A stretch of 64,000 bases of DNA from an uncultured Candidatus Rokubacteria bacterium (GCA_963708025.1 CAVPSB010000034.1:1-64000), one strand, 5' to 3'. Positions 7,651 through 18,227 are shown, counted from the first letter of the stretch. The notes: generated by a model from the sequence alone, not told the origin. Made by a program: numbers and translations.

Positions 7651-9609
7651 ATGACGGACCCCTACGCCCTCGATTCCCGGCTGGACACCTTCCCGAAGCT
7701 GATCGGCGCCAACGCCGAGCGCATGCCCGGCCAGGTCGCCATCCGGGAGAAGGACTTCGGCATCTGGCAGGCTTACACGTGGCGGGACTACCACGAGCAG
7801 ACCCGGCTCATCGCCCTCGGTCTGGCCGCCCTCGGCTTCCGCCGGGGCGACAAGGTCGCCATCGTGGGCGACAACCGGCCGCAGCTCTACTGGGCCGTCG
7901 CCGCCACTCAGGCCCTGGGCGGCGTCCCGGTGCCGCTCTACCAGGATTCGGTCGAGCGGGAGATGGCCTACATCGTCGCCCACGCCGAGGCGCGGTTCGC
8001 GATCGTCGAGGACCAGGAGCAGGTCGACAAGCTCCTGCACGTGCGGGCCGAGTGCCCACGACTCGAGCAGGTGATCTACGACGACTCCCGGGGCCTCCGC
8101 GCCTACATCGACCCCTGTCTCCGCAGCCTGGCCGAGGTCGAGGAGCTCGGGCGGAAGTTCGGCCGCGACAACGCTGCCTTCTTCGACGAGGCGGTGGCGG
8201 CCGGCGGCGCCGACGACGTCGCGATCATCTGCTATACGTCCGGGACCACCGGGACGCCCAAGGGGACGATGCTCTCCCACCGAGGTCTGATCCTGACCGC
8301 GCGCAACGCGGCGGCACGCGAGGGGCTGGGACCGGCCGACGACACCCTGGCCTACCTCCCCATGGCGTGGGTGGGCGACCACATCCTTTCCTATGCCCAG
8401 TCGGTCGTCACCGGGTTCACCGTGAACTGCCCGGAGAGCGCGGCCACCGTCCTCCAGGATCTCAAGGAGATCGCTCCCACCTACTTCTTCGCGCCGCCCC
8501 GGATCTGGGAGAACATCCTGACCAACGTGATGATCCGGATCGAGGACGCCGCCTGGCCGAAGCGCCGGCTCGTCCACGCCTGCCTGGAGCTCGCCCAGGG
8601 GATCGAGCGGCGCCGGCTGACCGGACAGCCGGTCCCGCTCTGGCGGCGGCTCCTGTACCCGCTCGGGCGCGTGCTCGTCTACGGCCCGCTCGCCGACAAT
8701 CTCGGCATGCGGCGGATCCGGGTCGCCTACACCGCCGGCGAGGCGATCGGCCCCGAGATCTTCGTCTTCTTCCGCTCGCTCGGCATCAACGTCAAGCAGC
8801 TCTACGGGATGACGGAGTCGAGCGCGCTCATCGCGATCCACAAGGACGGCGACGTCCGGCTGGACACGGTGGGCACGCCGCTGCCCGGCGTCGAGATCCG
8901 GGTCGCCGGCGACGGCGAGGTGCTCTTCCGGAGCCCCGGCGTCTTCCGCGGCTACTACAAGAACCCGGAGGCCACCGCCCAGGCGCTGGAGGACGGGTGG
9001 GTGCACACCGGCGATGCCGGCTTCCTCGACGGGGCCGGGCACCTCACCATCATCGATCGCGCCCGGGACGTGAGCCGACTGGCCGACGGCACCCTCTTCG
9101 CGCCGAAGTACCTGGAGAACAAGCTGAAGTTCTCGCCCTACGTGAAGGAGGCGGTCTGCATCGGCCAGGAGCGCCCGTACGTCACCGCGCTGGTCAACAT
9201 CGACCTGATCGCGGTCGGCAACTGGGCGGAGCGGCGCAACATCGCCTACACGAGCTACACCGACCTGTCACAGAAGCCCGAGGTCTCCGAGCTGATCGCC
9301 CGCGAGGTCCGCCGGGTCAACGCGAGCCTCGCCGAGGACCCCCGCCTCCGGGGCGCCCGGATCCGGCGCTTCCTGATCCTCCACAAGGAGCTGGACCCCG
9401 ACGACGAGGAGATCACCCGGACGCGCAAGGTGCGGCGGCGCTTCGTCGCGCAGAAGTACGCGCCGCTGATCGAGGCGCTCTACTCGGAGCGCGACCGAAC
9501 CGAGGTGGAGGCCCAGGTCACCTACGAGGACGGGCGGGTGGCGACGATCCGGGCCGACGTGCGGATCCGCGAGGTGGACGGGGCGGAGGCGGCGGTGGCA
9601 GCCCGGTGA
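7651..9609 (+). CDS. Long-chain acyl-CoA ligase, ABC-transporter-associated (copy 1)
   Basis: YTSGTTGTPKG, YGMTE, TGDAG, LHKELDPDDEEITRTRKVRR. Confidence 0.93.
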   Translation: MTDPYALDSRLDTFPKLIGANAERMPGQVAIREKDFGIWQAYTWRDYHEQTRLIALGLAALGFRRGDKVAIVGDNRPQLYWAVAATQALGGVPVPLYQDSVEREMAYIVAHAEARFAIVEDQEQVDKLLHVRAECPRLEQVIYDDSRGLRAYIDPCLRSLAEVEELGRKFGRDNAAFFDEAVAAGGADDVAIICYTSGTTGTPKGTMLSHRGLILTARNAAAREGLGPADDTLAYLPMAWVGDHILSYAQSVVTGFTVNCPESAATVLQDLKEIAPTYFFAPPRIWENILTNVMIRIEDAAWPKRRLVHACLELAQGIERRRLTGQPVPLWRRLLYPLGRVLVYGPLADNLGMRRIRVAYTAGEAIGPEIFVFFRSLGINVKQLYGMTESSALIAIHKDGDVRLDTVGTPLPGVEIRVAGDGEVLFRSPGVFRGYYKNPEATAQALEDGWVHTGDAGFLDGAGHLTIIDRARDVSRLADGTLFAPKYLENKLKFSPYVKEAVCIGQERPYVTALVNIDLIAVGNWAERRNIAYTSYTDLSQKPEVSELIAREVRRVNASLAEDPRLRGARIRRFLILHKELDPDDEEITRTRKVRRRFVAQKYAPLIEALYSERDRTEVEAQVTYEDGRVATIRADVRIREVDGAEAAVAAR

Positions 9610-9613
9610 GCGA

Positions 9614-9679
9614 GCGCGGGCCGATACCCGTCGCCGCGGGTCGTCCTCGGGCTACCGCGGCTCGGGTCTCGGCCCGCGC
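9614..9679 (+). repeat. Repeat family B, short copy
   Basis: GCGCGGGCCGA...GTCGTCCTCGG...GCTCGGGTCTCGGCCCGCGC shares its termini with the family B copies. Confidence 0.6.
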
Positions 9680-9716
9680 CCAGTGACGGCATTCCTGTGC
9701 CCAAGAGAGTAGGCCG

Positions 9717-10511
9717 ATGAGCGGCGACAACGGCGCGGTCCCGGGCGCGCTCCTCGAGGTCGAGGCGATCAGCGTCCGCTTCGGCGCCGTCCAGGCGCTG
9801 GCCGGCGTCAGCCTGGAGGTGCGGGAGCGCGAGATCCGGGCCATCATCGGGCCCAACGGCGCCGGCAAGACGACGCTGCTCAACGTCATCAGCGGCTTCT
9901 ACCACCCCTCCGAGGGCCGGATCCGCTTCGCCGGCCGGGACCGGACCCGGCTGCCGGCCCACGAGGTGGCCGGCCTCGGCATCGCCCGGACCTTCCAGAA
10001 CGTCGCTCTCTTCAAGGGCATGAGCGTGCTCGACAACATCATGACCGGGCGGCTCCTCAAGATGCGGGGGAACCTGCTGCTCGACGCCGTCTACTGGGGG
10101 CCGGCCCGACGGCAGGAGCTCGAGCACCGGGCCGCCGTCGAGCGGGTCATCGACTTCCTCGAGATCCAGGCCATCCGCAAGACACCGGCCGGCCGCCTGC
10201 CCTACGGGCTGCAGAAGCGGGTCGAGCTGGCCCGGGCGCTGGCCGCCGAGCCGCGCCTCCTGCTCCTCGACGAGCCGATGGCCGGCATGAACGTCGAGGA
10301 GAAGGAGGACATGTGCCGCTTCATCCTGGACGTGAACCAGGAGTTCGGCACGACCATCGCCCTGATCGAGCACGACATGAGCGTGGTCATGGACATCTGC
10401 GACCGGGTGGCCGTCCTCGACTACGGCCGGAAGATCGCCGACGGCGCCCCCGACGAGGTGCGCAAGGACCAGGCGGTGCTGGACGCCTACCTCGGGGTGC
10501 CCCACGAGTGA
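9717..10511 (+). CDS. Branched-chain amino acid-type ABC ATP-binding protein (LivG-like)
   Basis: GPNGAGKT, RTFQN, LPYGLQKRVELARALA, LLLLDEP, V..AYLG. Confidence 0.95.
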   Translation: MSGDNGAVPGALLEVEAISVRFGAVQALAGVSLEVREREIRAIIGPNGAGKTTLLNVISGFYHPSEGRIRFAGRDRTRLPAHEVAGLGIARTFQNVALFKGMSVLDNIMTGRLLKMRGNLLLDAVYWGPARRQELEHRAAVERVIDFLEIQAIRKTPAGRLPYGLQKRVELARALAAEPRLLLLDEPMAGMNVEEKEDMCRFILDVNQEFGTTIALIEHDMSVVMDICDRVAVLDYGRKIADGAPDEVRKDQAVLDAYLGVPHE

Positions 10512-10515
10512 TTTG

Positions 10516-11451
10516 ATGCACCTCCTCCACGAGGTCCTGCTCGCCCCGCTCCTGGACATGTGGAAGGCGCCGACCTTCTTCGGGGAGGTGCTGCTCGGGG
10601 GCCTCTTCGCCGGGCTCATGTACTCGCTGGTGGCGCTGGGCTTCGTGCTGATCTTCAAGGCGTCCGGGGTCTTCAACTTCGCGCAGGGGGTCATGGTCCT
10701 CTTCGCGGCGCTCACCCTGGTCGGGCTGATCGAGCGGGGTGTCCCGGTCGTGCTCGCGTTGCCGGCGACGGTGGCGGTCATGGTGGCGCTGGCGTTCGCG
10801 ATCGAGCGGCTGGTCCTCCGCCCGCTGGTGAACCAGGAGCACATCATCCTGTTCATGGCCACGATCGGGCTCACGTTCTTCCTGGAGGGCTTCGGCGAGC
10901 TCCTGTGGGGAAGCAACGTCAAGCGGCTCGACGTCGGCATCCCCGACGACTCGTTCAAGGTCGCCGGCATGCTGGTGAACAAGCTGGAGCTGACCGCGGC
11001 GCTGACGGCGGGAATCCTGGTCGCGGTGCTGGCGGTGTTCTTCCACGGCACCCGGATCGGCCGGGCCCTCCGGGCGGTCGCCGACGACCACGAGGCGGCG
11101 CTCTCCATCGGCATCCCCCTCAAGACCATCTGGACCATCGTCTGGTCGGTCTCGGGGATCGTGGCCATCGTGGCCGGCACGATGTGGGGGGCGAAGAGCG
11201 GCGTCCAGTTCAGCCTCTCGCTCATCGCGTTGAAGGCGCTGCCCGTGCTCATCCTGGGCGGGTTCACCTCGGTCCCCGGCGCCATCGTCGGCGGCCCCAT
11301 CATCGGGATCGGGGAGAAGGTGGCCGAGGTGTACTGGGGTCCGCTGGTGGGCGGCGCCATCGAGGGCTGGTTCGCCTACATGCTGGCCCTCGCGTTCCTC
11401 CTGTTCCGGCCGCAGGGGCTGTTCGGCGAGAAGATCATCGAGCGAGTGTAG
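10516..11451 (+). CDS. Liv-type ABC permease (LivH-like)
   Basis: YSLVALGFVLIFKASGVFNFAQG; RPQGLFGEKIIERV. Confidence 0.93.
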   Translation: MHLLHEVLLAPLLDMWKAPTFFGEVLLGGLFAGLMYSLVALGFVLIFKASGVFNFAQGVMVLFAALTLVGLIERGVPVVLALPATVAVMVALAFAIERLVLRPLVNQEHIILFMATIGLTFFLEGFGELLWGSNVKRLDVGIPDDSFKVAGMLVNKLELTAALTAGILVAVLAVFFHGTRIGRALRAVADDHEAALSIGIPLKTIWTIVWSVSGIVAIVAGTMWGAKSGVQFSLSLIALKALPVLILGGFTSVPGAIVGGPIIGIGEKVAEVYWGPLVGGAIEGWFAYMLALAFLLFRPQGLFGEKIIERV

Positions 11452-11670
11452 CCGTGCCGATAACCTTCGCCTTCTCCATCTCGGTCGTGACGCGCTCGGC
11501 CTGCGTCGATCGGACGGCCTTCGGCCTGGGGGCGTCCGTCCCGACCTACGGTCGTCCTCGGCCCGCGCCCATCCTCGGCGTACCAGGGCGTACGCCTCCG
11601 GTGGGCGCGGGCCTGCGTCGATCGGACGGCCTTCGGCCTGGGGGGGCTGCTCGGTTCTCGGCCCGGCTAC
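11449..11670 (+). repeat. Repeat family B copy carrying two M modules
   Basis: CATCTCGGTCG..GACGCGCTCGGCCT...ATCCTCGGCGTAC..GTACGCCTCCGGT...GCTGCTCGGTTCTCGGCCC; aligns with the copies at 15090, 22351 and 62122. Confidence 0.85.
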
Positions 11671-11683
11671 TCGCGGGTCACGC

Positions 11684-12760
11684 ATGATTTACCGCGAGGC
11701 GGGGCAGTTCAAGACGAGCTACGCGACCGACCAGGCGATCTTCCCGATCGCCCAGGACCGCTGGATCGTGCTGACCGCCGTGGCCGTCGCCTTCGTGGTC
11801 CCCCCGCTGATCGCCAGCGAGTACTGGCTGCAGGCCATCCTGATCCCGTTCCTGATCTACTCGCTGGCGGCGATCGGGCTGAACCTCCTCACCGGCTACG
11901 CCGGCCAGCTCTCGCTGGGCACCGGGGGCTTCATGGCGGTGGGGGCGTACAGCGCCTTCAAGCTCACCACCGCCTTCCCGGCGGTCAACGTCCTGGTGGT
12001 CTTCCTGCTGGCCGGCCTCATCGCCGCCGGCGTCGGCGTGCTGTTCGGCCTGCCCAGCCTCCGGATCAAGGGGTTCTACCTGGCGGTGGCGACGCTGGCC
12101 GCCCAGTTCTTCCTCACCTGGCTCTTCAACAAGGTCGCGTGGTTCGTCAACTACGCGCCGTCGGGCACGATCACCGCGCCGCCGCGGAGCCTCCTCGGCG
12201 TGATGCTCACGGGGCCGGCGGCGACCGCGCCCGTGCGGTACCTGGTCGCGCTGAGCTTCGTCACGGTCTTCGCGCTGGCCGCCAAGAACCTGGTGCGCGG
12301 CCGGGTCGGTCGCTCCTGGATGGCAATTCGCGACCGGGACATCGCCGCCGAGATCATCGGCATCCGGCCGCTGCGTACCAAGCTCGCCGCCTTCGCCATC
12401 AGCTCGTTCTACTGCGGGGTGGCCGGGGCGGAGTTCGTCTTCCTCTACCTGGGGAGCGCCGAGACGCTGGCCTTCGACGTCGGCCTGTCGTTCCTCGTGC
12501 TCTTCATGATCATCATCGGCGGCCTGGGCTCGATCCTCGGCTCGTTCCTCGGCGCCGCCTTCATCATCCTGCTCCCGATCCTCCTCACCCGGGCCCCCCA
12601 CCTGGTGGGCCTCGACCTGCCCGTCGCGCTCCAGAAGCACCTGGAGCTCATGGTCTTCGGCGGGCTGATCATCTTCTTCCTGATCGTCGAGCCGCAGGGC
12701 CTGGCGCGCCTGTGGCAGATCACGAAGGAGAAGCTGCGACTCTGGCCGTTCCCCCACTAA
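11684..12760 (+). CDS. Liv-type ABC permease (LivM-like)
   Basis: GLNLLTGYAGQLSLG, LRIKGFYLAVATLA, MIIIGGLGS. Confidence 0.93.
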   Translation: MIYREAGQFKTSYATDQAIFPIAQDRWIVLTAVAVAFVVPPLIASEYWLQAILIPFLIYSLAAIGLNLLTGYAGQLSLGTGGFMAVGAYSAFKLTTAFPAVNVLVVFLLAGLIAAGVGVLFGLPSLRIKGFYLAVATLAAQFFLTWLFNKVAWFVNYAPSGTITAPPRSLLGVMLTGPAATAPVRYLVALSFVTVFALAAKNLVRGRVGRSWMAIRDRDIAAEIIGIRPLRTKLAAFAISSFYCGVAGAEFVFLYLGSAETLAFDVGLSFLVLFMIIIGGLGSILGSFLGAAFIILLPILLTRAPHLVGLDLPVALQKHLELMVFGGLIIFFLIVEPQGLARLWQITKEKLRLWPFPH

Positions 12761-12780
12761 CGCGACACAAGGAGGCAACC

Positions 12781-14106
12781 ATGAGAGCACGACTGCTTCT
12801 GACCGGCCTGATGGTCATTCTGGCCGTCGTCGGCGGGCTGGCCGTCTCGGCCCCGGCCCAGGACAAATCGGTCTTCATCCCGTTGCTGGTGTACCGGACG
12901 GGACCGTTCGCTCCCAGCGGCGTCCCCATCGCCAACGGGTTCGCCGACTACTTCACGCTGGTGAACGAGCGGGACGGCGGGATCAACGGGGTGAAGCTCG
13001 TCTGGGAGGAGTGCGAGACCCAGTACGACACCAAGCAGGGCGTCGAGTGTTACGAGCGGCTCAAGAACAAGGGCGGCGGCGCCATCCTCGTCAACCCCTA
13101 CAGCACCGGCATCACCTACCAGCTCATCCCGAAAGCCCCGGTGGACAAGCTCGTCGTGTTCTCGATGGGCTACGGCATGAGCGCCTCGTCCGACGGCCGG
13201 TGGTTCCCCTGGGTGTTCAACTTCCCGACGAACTACTGGAGCCAGGCGTCGGCCGTCATCCGGTACATCGGACAGCAGGAGGGCGGGCTGGACAAGCTCA
13301 AGGGCAAGAAGATCGTTCACGTCTTCCACAACAGCCCCTACGGCAAGGAGGCGAACCCGACCCTCGAGACCCTTGCCCAGAAGTACGGCTTCGACCTGAC
13401 GCTGCTGCCGGTTGACAGCCCGGGACAGGAGCAGAAGGCGACGTGGCTCCAGGTGCGCCGGCTCAACCCCAACTGGATCTTCATGTCCGGGTGGGGCGTC
13501 ATGAACCAGGTGGCGGTCAAGGAGGCGGCGGGCATCGGCTTCCCGATGGACCACTTCATCGGCAACTGGTGGTCGGCGAGCGAGGCCGACGTGGTCCCGG
13601 CCGGTGACGGCGCCCGCGGTTACAAGGGCGCCACGTTCCACGCCCCCGGCGCCGGCTTCAAGGTGCACGACGACATCTTCAAGCACGTTTACGACAAGGG
13701 GAAGGGCGCCGGCGAGAAGGCCCGGGTCGGCGAGGCCCTCTACAATCGCGGGGTGGTCAACGCCATGTTCTCGATCGAGGCCCTCCGGACCGCGATGGCC
13801 AAGTTCGGCAACAAGCCCCTCACCGGCGAGCAGGTCCGGTGGGGCTTCGAGCACCTGAACCTCACCGACAAGCGGCTCGAGGAGCTGGGCATGAAGGGCT
13901 TCACCCACCCGGTGAAGGTGTCGTGCGAGGACCACGAGGCGAGCGGACCGGTCCTCGTCCAGCAGTGGGACGGCAAGAAGTGGAACCTCGTCTCCGAGTT
14001 CATCGCCCCGATGCGGGAAGTCGTCCGCCCGAAGCTCGAGGAGGCCGCCATCGAGGAGGCCAAGAAGCTCGGCTACCAGATGCGGGACTGCTCCAAGGAG
14101 GGCTGA
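12781..14106 (+). CDS. Liv-type ABC substrate-binding protein (copy 1)
   Basis: AGGAGG SD, signal peptide, YRTGPFA, GGINGVKL, type I periplasmic-binding pattern. Confidence 0.93.
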   Translation: MRARLLLTGLMVILAVVGGLAVSAPAQDKSVFIPLLVYRTGPFAPSGVPIANGFADYFTLVNERDGGINGVKLVWEECETQYDTKQGVECYERLKNKGGGAILVNPYSTGITYQLIPKAPVDKLVVFSMGYGMSASSDGRWFPWVFNFPTNYWSQASAVIRYIGQQEGGLDKLKGKKIVHVFHNSPYGKEANPTLETLAQKYGFDLTLLPVDSPGQEQKATWLQVRRLNPNWIFMSGWGVMNQVAVKEAAGIGFPMDHFIGNWWSASEADVVPAGDGARGYKGATFHAPGAGFKVHDDIFKHVYDKGKGAGEKARVGEALYNRGVVNAMFSIEALRTAMAKFGNKPLTGEQVRWGFEHLNLTDKRLEELGMKGFTHPVKVSCEDHEASGPVLVQQWDGKKWNLVSEFIAPMREVVRPKLEEAAIEEAKKLGYQMRDCSKEG

Positions 14107-14220
14107 GAGAGCGTGAGGGGAATGGGGCTTCCGGCTCCCCCCTCCCCCCAGTGGGTGGGGGAGGGGGGCCAAAGGCCGAAGGCCGTCGAAGGATCGGGTA
14201 GGCGGGAGGTCCCGAATTGA
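14104..14220 (+). repeat. Repeat family A copy 1
   Basis: TGAGAGAGCGTGA...CTCCCCCCTCCCCCC..GGGTGGGGGAGGGGGG-[M]-GGGTAGGCGGGAGGTCCCGAATTGA. Confidence 0.9.
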
Positions 14221-14261
14221 GTCAACCACCGGAGGGGGGCATCGCCCCCCTCCGGTTGACT
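14219..14261. repeat. GC-rich hairpin (family D-like)
   Basis: GAGTCAACC-ACCGGAGGGGGG...CCCCCCTCCGGTTGACTC. Confidence 0.6.
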
Positions 14262-14276
14262 CCCTCGGGAGAGGCC

Positions 14277-15092
14277 GTGAGCGACGGCGACAAGCCGATC
14301 CTGTCCGTCAACAACATCGAGGTCATCTACGACCACGTGATCCTCGTGCTCAAGGGCGTTTCCCTCCACGTCCCCGACGGCGGCATCGTCGCCCTGCTCG
14401 GCGCCAACGGGGCGGGGAAGACCACCACGCTCAAGGCGATCTCCGGCCTGCTGCGGACCGAGCGCGGGGAGGTGACCAAGGGTAGCATCGAGCTCCTCGG
14501 CCGGCTGATCCACCGGGACAGCCCCGACGGGATCGTCCGCCAGGGCATCGTGCAGGTGATGGAGGGGCGCCGGGTCTTCGAGCACCTCACGGTGGAGGAG
14601 AACCTGCTGACCGGCGCCTACACGCAGAAGAACGGCCACTCGATCCGCCGGGACCTGGAGCGGGTCTACGGCTACTTCCCCCGGCTCGCCGAGCGCCGGA
14701 GCGTGCGGGCCGGCTACACGTCGGGGGGCGAGCAGCAGATGCTCGCCATCGGCCGGGCTCTCATGGCCCACCCCCGGCTGATGCTCCTCGACGAGCCCTC
14801 CATGGGGCTCGCCCCGCGGCTGGTCGGGGAGATCTTCGAGATCGTCGCCCGGCTGAACCGGGAGGAGCACCTCACCGTCCTCCTGGCCGAGCAGAACGCC
14901 GCGATGGCGCTGCGATTCGCGGGGTACGCCTACGTGATGGAGAGCGGCCGGATCGTCCTGGACGGTGACGCCCGGACGATCAGCCAGAACGAGGACATCA
15001 AGGAGTTCTACCTGGGGCTGACCGGGGTGGGGCAGCGCAAGAGCTACCGAGATGTGAAGCACTACAGGCGCCGCAAGCGCTGGCTCTCGTAG
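14277..15092 (+). CDS. Liv-type ABC ATP-binding protein (LivF-like, copy 1)
   Basis: GANGAGKT, TSGGEQQMLAIGRALM, LLDEPSMGLAP, KEFYLG; start at GTG 14277 after the repeat. Confidence 0.93.
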   Translation: MSDGDKPILSVNNIEVIYDHVILVLKGVSLHVPDGGIVALLGANGAGKTTTLKAISGLLRTERGEVTKGSIELLGRLIHRDSPDGIVRQGIVQVMEGRRVFEHLTVEENLLTGAYTQKNGHSIRRDLERVYGYFPRLAERRSVRAGYTSGGEQQMLAIGRALMAHPRLMLLDEPSMGLAPRLVGEIFEIVARLNREEHLTVLLAEQNAAMALRFAGYAYVMESGRIVLDGDARTISQNEDIKEFYLGLTGVGQRKSYRDVKHYRRRKRWLS

Positions 15093-15315
15093 GGGGCAGG
15101 GCCGATGAGCTTCGCAACGTCCATCTCGGTCGGGACGCGCTCGGCCTACGCCGTTCGGACGGCCTTCCGCCTTTGGGCGTCCATCCCGACCTATGGTCGT
15201 CCTCGGTCGTCGCCCATCCTCGGCGTATGCGGCATACGCCTGCGGTCGGCGACTCCCTGCGTCCCTTGGACGGCCTTCGGCCTTTGGGCGCTGCTCGCTC
15301 CTCGGCCCTGCCCCC
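15090..15315 (+). repeat. Repeat family B copy carrying two M modules
   Basis: GGGGCAGGGCCGATGAGC...GCTGCTCGCTCCTCGGCCCTGCCCCC terminal stem with nested stems. Confidence 0.9.
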
Positions 15316-15368
15316 GAGAATGTGGACCCATCTGCGATGGCGTTGAAGCTCGAGTTTAGCGAAGCGGA

Positions 15369-16178
15369 TTGCTCGTGAGCGGTGAGGGGGTCGGGTTGCT
15401 GGAAGTCCAGGGGTTGTCGAAGCACTTCGGCGGTGTTCAGGCCGTGAGCGGTGTCGATCTCGTGATCGGGGAGCGCGATCTGCTCTCCGTCATCGGGCCG
15501 AACGGCGCCGGCAAGACCACCCTGCTCAACGCCGTCAGCGGCATCCTCCCGGCCGACGGAGGCCGGATCGTGTTCCGCGGCGAGGACATCACCCGGCTCC
15601 CGGCCCATGCGATCGCCCGGCGGGGGATCGCGCGGACGTTCCAGAACGTGGCGCTCTTCCGCGGCATGACCGTCATCGACAACCTGATGCTGGGCCGGCA
15701 CATCCACGTCCGCTCGAACCCGTTCGCGGCCGCACTCTACTGGGGGCCGGGCCGCCGCGAGGAGGTGCGCCACCGGGCGGTGGTCGAGGACGTCATCGAG
15801 TTCCTCGAGATCGAGGCGATCCGCAAGGCGATCGTCGGGAGCCTGCCGCTCGGCCTCCAGAAGCGGGTGGAGCTCGGCCGGGCCCTGGCCGTCCAGCCGC
15901 GACTCCTCCTGCTCGACGAGCCGATGGGCGGCATGAACGTCGAGGAGAAGGAGGACATGGCCCGGTTCGTCCTCGATGTCCACGACGAGTGGAGGATCTC
16001 GGTCGTCCTGATCGAGCACGACATGGGCGTGGTCATGGACATCTCGCAGCGGGTGGTCGTGCTGGACCTCGGCCAGAAGATCGCCGAGGGGACGCCCGAC
16101 GAGGTCCGGGCCCATCCCCGGGTGATCCGGGCCTATCTGGGGGCGAAGGGTGTGGCTTCCGCCGGAGCTGCCCGGTGA
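15369..16178 (+). CDS. Liv-type ABC ATP-binding protein (LivG-like, copy 2)
   Basis: GPNGAGKT, LPLGLQKRVELGRALA, DEPMGGMN; exact start uncertain. Confidence 0.92.
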   Translation: MLVSGEGVGLLEVQGLSKHFGGVQAVSGVDLVIGERDLLSVIGPNGAGKTTLLNAVSGILPADGGRIVFRGEDITRLPAHAIARRGIARTFQNVALFRGMTVIDNLMLGRHIHVRSNPFAAALYWGPGRREEVRHRAVVEDVIEFLEIEAIRKAIVGSLPLGLQKRVELGRALAVQPRLLLLDEPMGGMNVEEKEDMARFVLDVHDEWRISVVLIEHDMGVVMDISQRVVVLDLGQKIAEGTPDEVRAHPRVIRAYLGAKGVASAGAAR

Positions 16179-18109
16179 GCGACCCGCGATCGTCGTCGGG
16201 ATCCCCGGCGGGCGAGTCCGACACGCTGGTCAAGCGCTTCGTGGCGCTGGCTCGTGCCCACCCCGGGCGCCCCGCCATGCGGGAGCGGGAGAAGGGGATC
16301 TGGCGGCAGTACACGCGGGCGGAGGCGCTCGGCCACGTGCGCGCGCTCGCGCTCGGGCTCCACTCGCTGGGGCTGAGCCGCGGCGACAAGGTGGCGATCA
16401 TCAGCGACAACCGGCCGGAGGCATACTGGATGCTCTACGCGATCCAGGCGGTGGGGGCGGTGCCCGTCCCCGTCTACCAGGACGCGATCGCCCGGGAGGT
16501 CCAGTACGTCATCGACCACGCCGACGCCCGGTTCGTCCACGCCGAGGACCAGGAGCAGGTCGACAAGGTGCGGGAGGCGCGGGCCGGACTTTCCCGGGTC
16601 GAGCGGGTCTTCTACGACGATCCGAAAGGGCTCCGCGACTACGACGACGCGTGGCTCATGGCCCTGGCCGACCTCGAGCGGCGCGGCCGGGAGATCGACG
16701 CGGCGCGGCCCGGTCTGTTCGACGAGCTGCTGGCCGCCGGCCGGGCGGACGACGTCGCGATCATCTGCTACACGTCGGGGACCACCGGCGCCCCCAAGGG
16801 GGCGATGCTGACCCACGCGAACCTGATCGCCTCGGCCCGCCAGTTCCTGCAGCGCGAGCGGCTCGAGGAGGGGGACGAGCTGGTCTCCTACCTGCCGCTG
16901 GCCTGGATCGGGGAGCTCGCCTACTCGGTGGCGCTCGCCTGCCTGGCCGGCCTGACGATCAACTTCCCGGAGGAGCCGGAGACGGTTCTCGACAACATCC
17001 GGGAGATCGGCCCGCACCTCGTCCTGGCGCCGCCGCGCACGTGGGAGAACAGCTACTCCCAGATCCGCGTGCGGATCGACGACTCGACGTGGCTCAAGCG
17101 CCGGATCTTCGAGGCCTTCATGCCAGTCGGCGAGGAGGTGGCGCGGCGGAAGATGGAGCGGCGGCCGGTGCCGCTCGGACTCCGGCTCCGGTGGCTGCTC
17201 GGCGAGGTGTTCCTGTTCGCCCCGCTCCGGGACCAGCGGGGAGCCCGGCGGGCGCGCTACGCCTTCACCGGGGGCGCCCCGCTGGCGCCCGAGATCATCG
17301 GCTTCTACCGGGGCCTCGGGGTGAACGTCAAGCAGGTCTACGGCCAGACCGAGAACTGCGCGTTCTGCTGCGGCCAGCCCGACGACGCCGTGAAGCTCGG
17401 GACCGTCGGCGTCCCGTTCCCGGGAGTCGAGCTGCGGCTGACCGAGGAGGGCGAGATCTGCTCGCGGGGGCCCACGGTCTTCGCCGGTTACTACAAGAAC
17501 GAGGAGGCCACCCGTGCCGTGATCCGGGACGGCTGGCTGTACTCGGGGGACGCCGGCTTCCTCGATCCCGACGGCCAGCTCGTGGTGGTCGACCGGCTCA
17601 AGGACGTGACCCGGCTGGCCGACGGGACGACGCTCGCCCCCCAGTTCATCGAGAACAAGCTCAAGTTCAGCCCGTACGTCCGGGAGGCGGTGGTCGTCGG
17701 TCCTGACCGCCCGTTCGTGGCCGCGCTCGTCAACATCGACATGGAGACGGTCGGCAAGTGGGCCGAGCGACGCCAGCTCACCTACACGACCTACACCGAC
17801 CTCGCCCAGAAGCCGGAGGTCTACGACCTCGTCCAGCGCGAGGTCGAGCGGGTCAACCGGGACCTGCCGGCGGCCACCCGGATCCGGAGGTACGTGCTCC
17901 TCCACAAGGAGCTGGACCCGGACGACGAGGAGATCACCCGGACCCGGAAGCTCCGGCGGGGGGTGATCACGCGGAAGTACGGGCCGATCATCGAGGCCCT
18001 GTACGAGGAGGTGCCCCTGGTGGCGGTCACCGCCGAGGTGACCTACCAGGACGGCCGCAAGGCCGTGACCGAGACGAAGCTCGCCATCCGCACGGTCAAG
18101 GGGGACTGA
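16175..18109 (+). CDS. Long-chain acyl-CoA ligase, ABC-transporter-associated (copy 2)
   Basis: GTGA overlap start; YTSGTTGAPKG, YGQTE, LHKELDPDDEEITRTRKLRR; paralog of 7651-9609. Confidence 0.93.
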   Translation: MSDPRSSSGSPAGESDTLVKRFVALARAHPGRPAMREREKGIWRQYTRAEALGHVRALALGLHSLGLSRGDKVAIISDNRPEAYWMLYAIQAVGAVPVPVYQDAIAREVQYVIDHADARFVHAEDQEQVDKVREARAGLSRVERVFYDDPKGLRDYDDAWLMALADLERRGREIDAARPGLFDELLAAGRADDVAIICYTSGTTGAPKGAMLTHANLIASARQFLQRERLEEGDELVSYLPLAWIGELAYSVALACLAGLTINFPEEPETVLDNIREIGPHLVLAPPRTWENSYSQIRVRIDDSTWLKRRIFEAFMPVGEEVARRKMERRPVPLGLRLRWLLGEVFLFAPLRDQRGARRARYAFTGGAPLAPEIIGFYRGLGVNVKQVYGQTENCAFCCGQPDDAVKLGTVGVPFPGVELRLTEEGEICSRGPTVFAGYYKNEEATRAVIRDGWLYSGDAGFLDPDGQLVVVDRLKDVTRLADGTTLAPQFIENKLKFSPYVREAVVVGPDRPFVAALVNIDMETVGKWAERRQLTYTTYTDLAQKPEVYDLVQREVERVNRDLPAATRIRRYVLLHKELDPDDEEITRTRKLRRGVITRKYGPIIEALYEEVPLVAVTAEVTYQDGRKAVTETKLAIRTVKGD

Positions 18110-18227
18110 GAGTCGATGAGGGAGTCGATTTTTTCCGCACCCCCCTCCCCGGCCAGCCAAAGGCCGCAGGACATCCAACGGTGGGGGAGGGGGACCAGGG
18201 TGAGGAGGGCGGGAGGTCCCCAAATAG
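18107..18227 (+). repeat. Repeat family A copy 2 (diverged)
   Basis: TGAGAG...CCCCCCTCCCC-[M variant]-GTGGGGGAGGGGG...GGCGGGAGGTCCCCAAATAG-ATG. Confidence 0.8.

Noticed and set aside
15337-15378. MALKLEFSEADCS mini-ORF resembling a transposase N-terminus remnant
   Set aside because: It is too short to support, with no IS ends or further homology visible.
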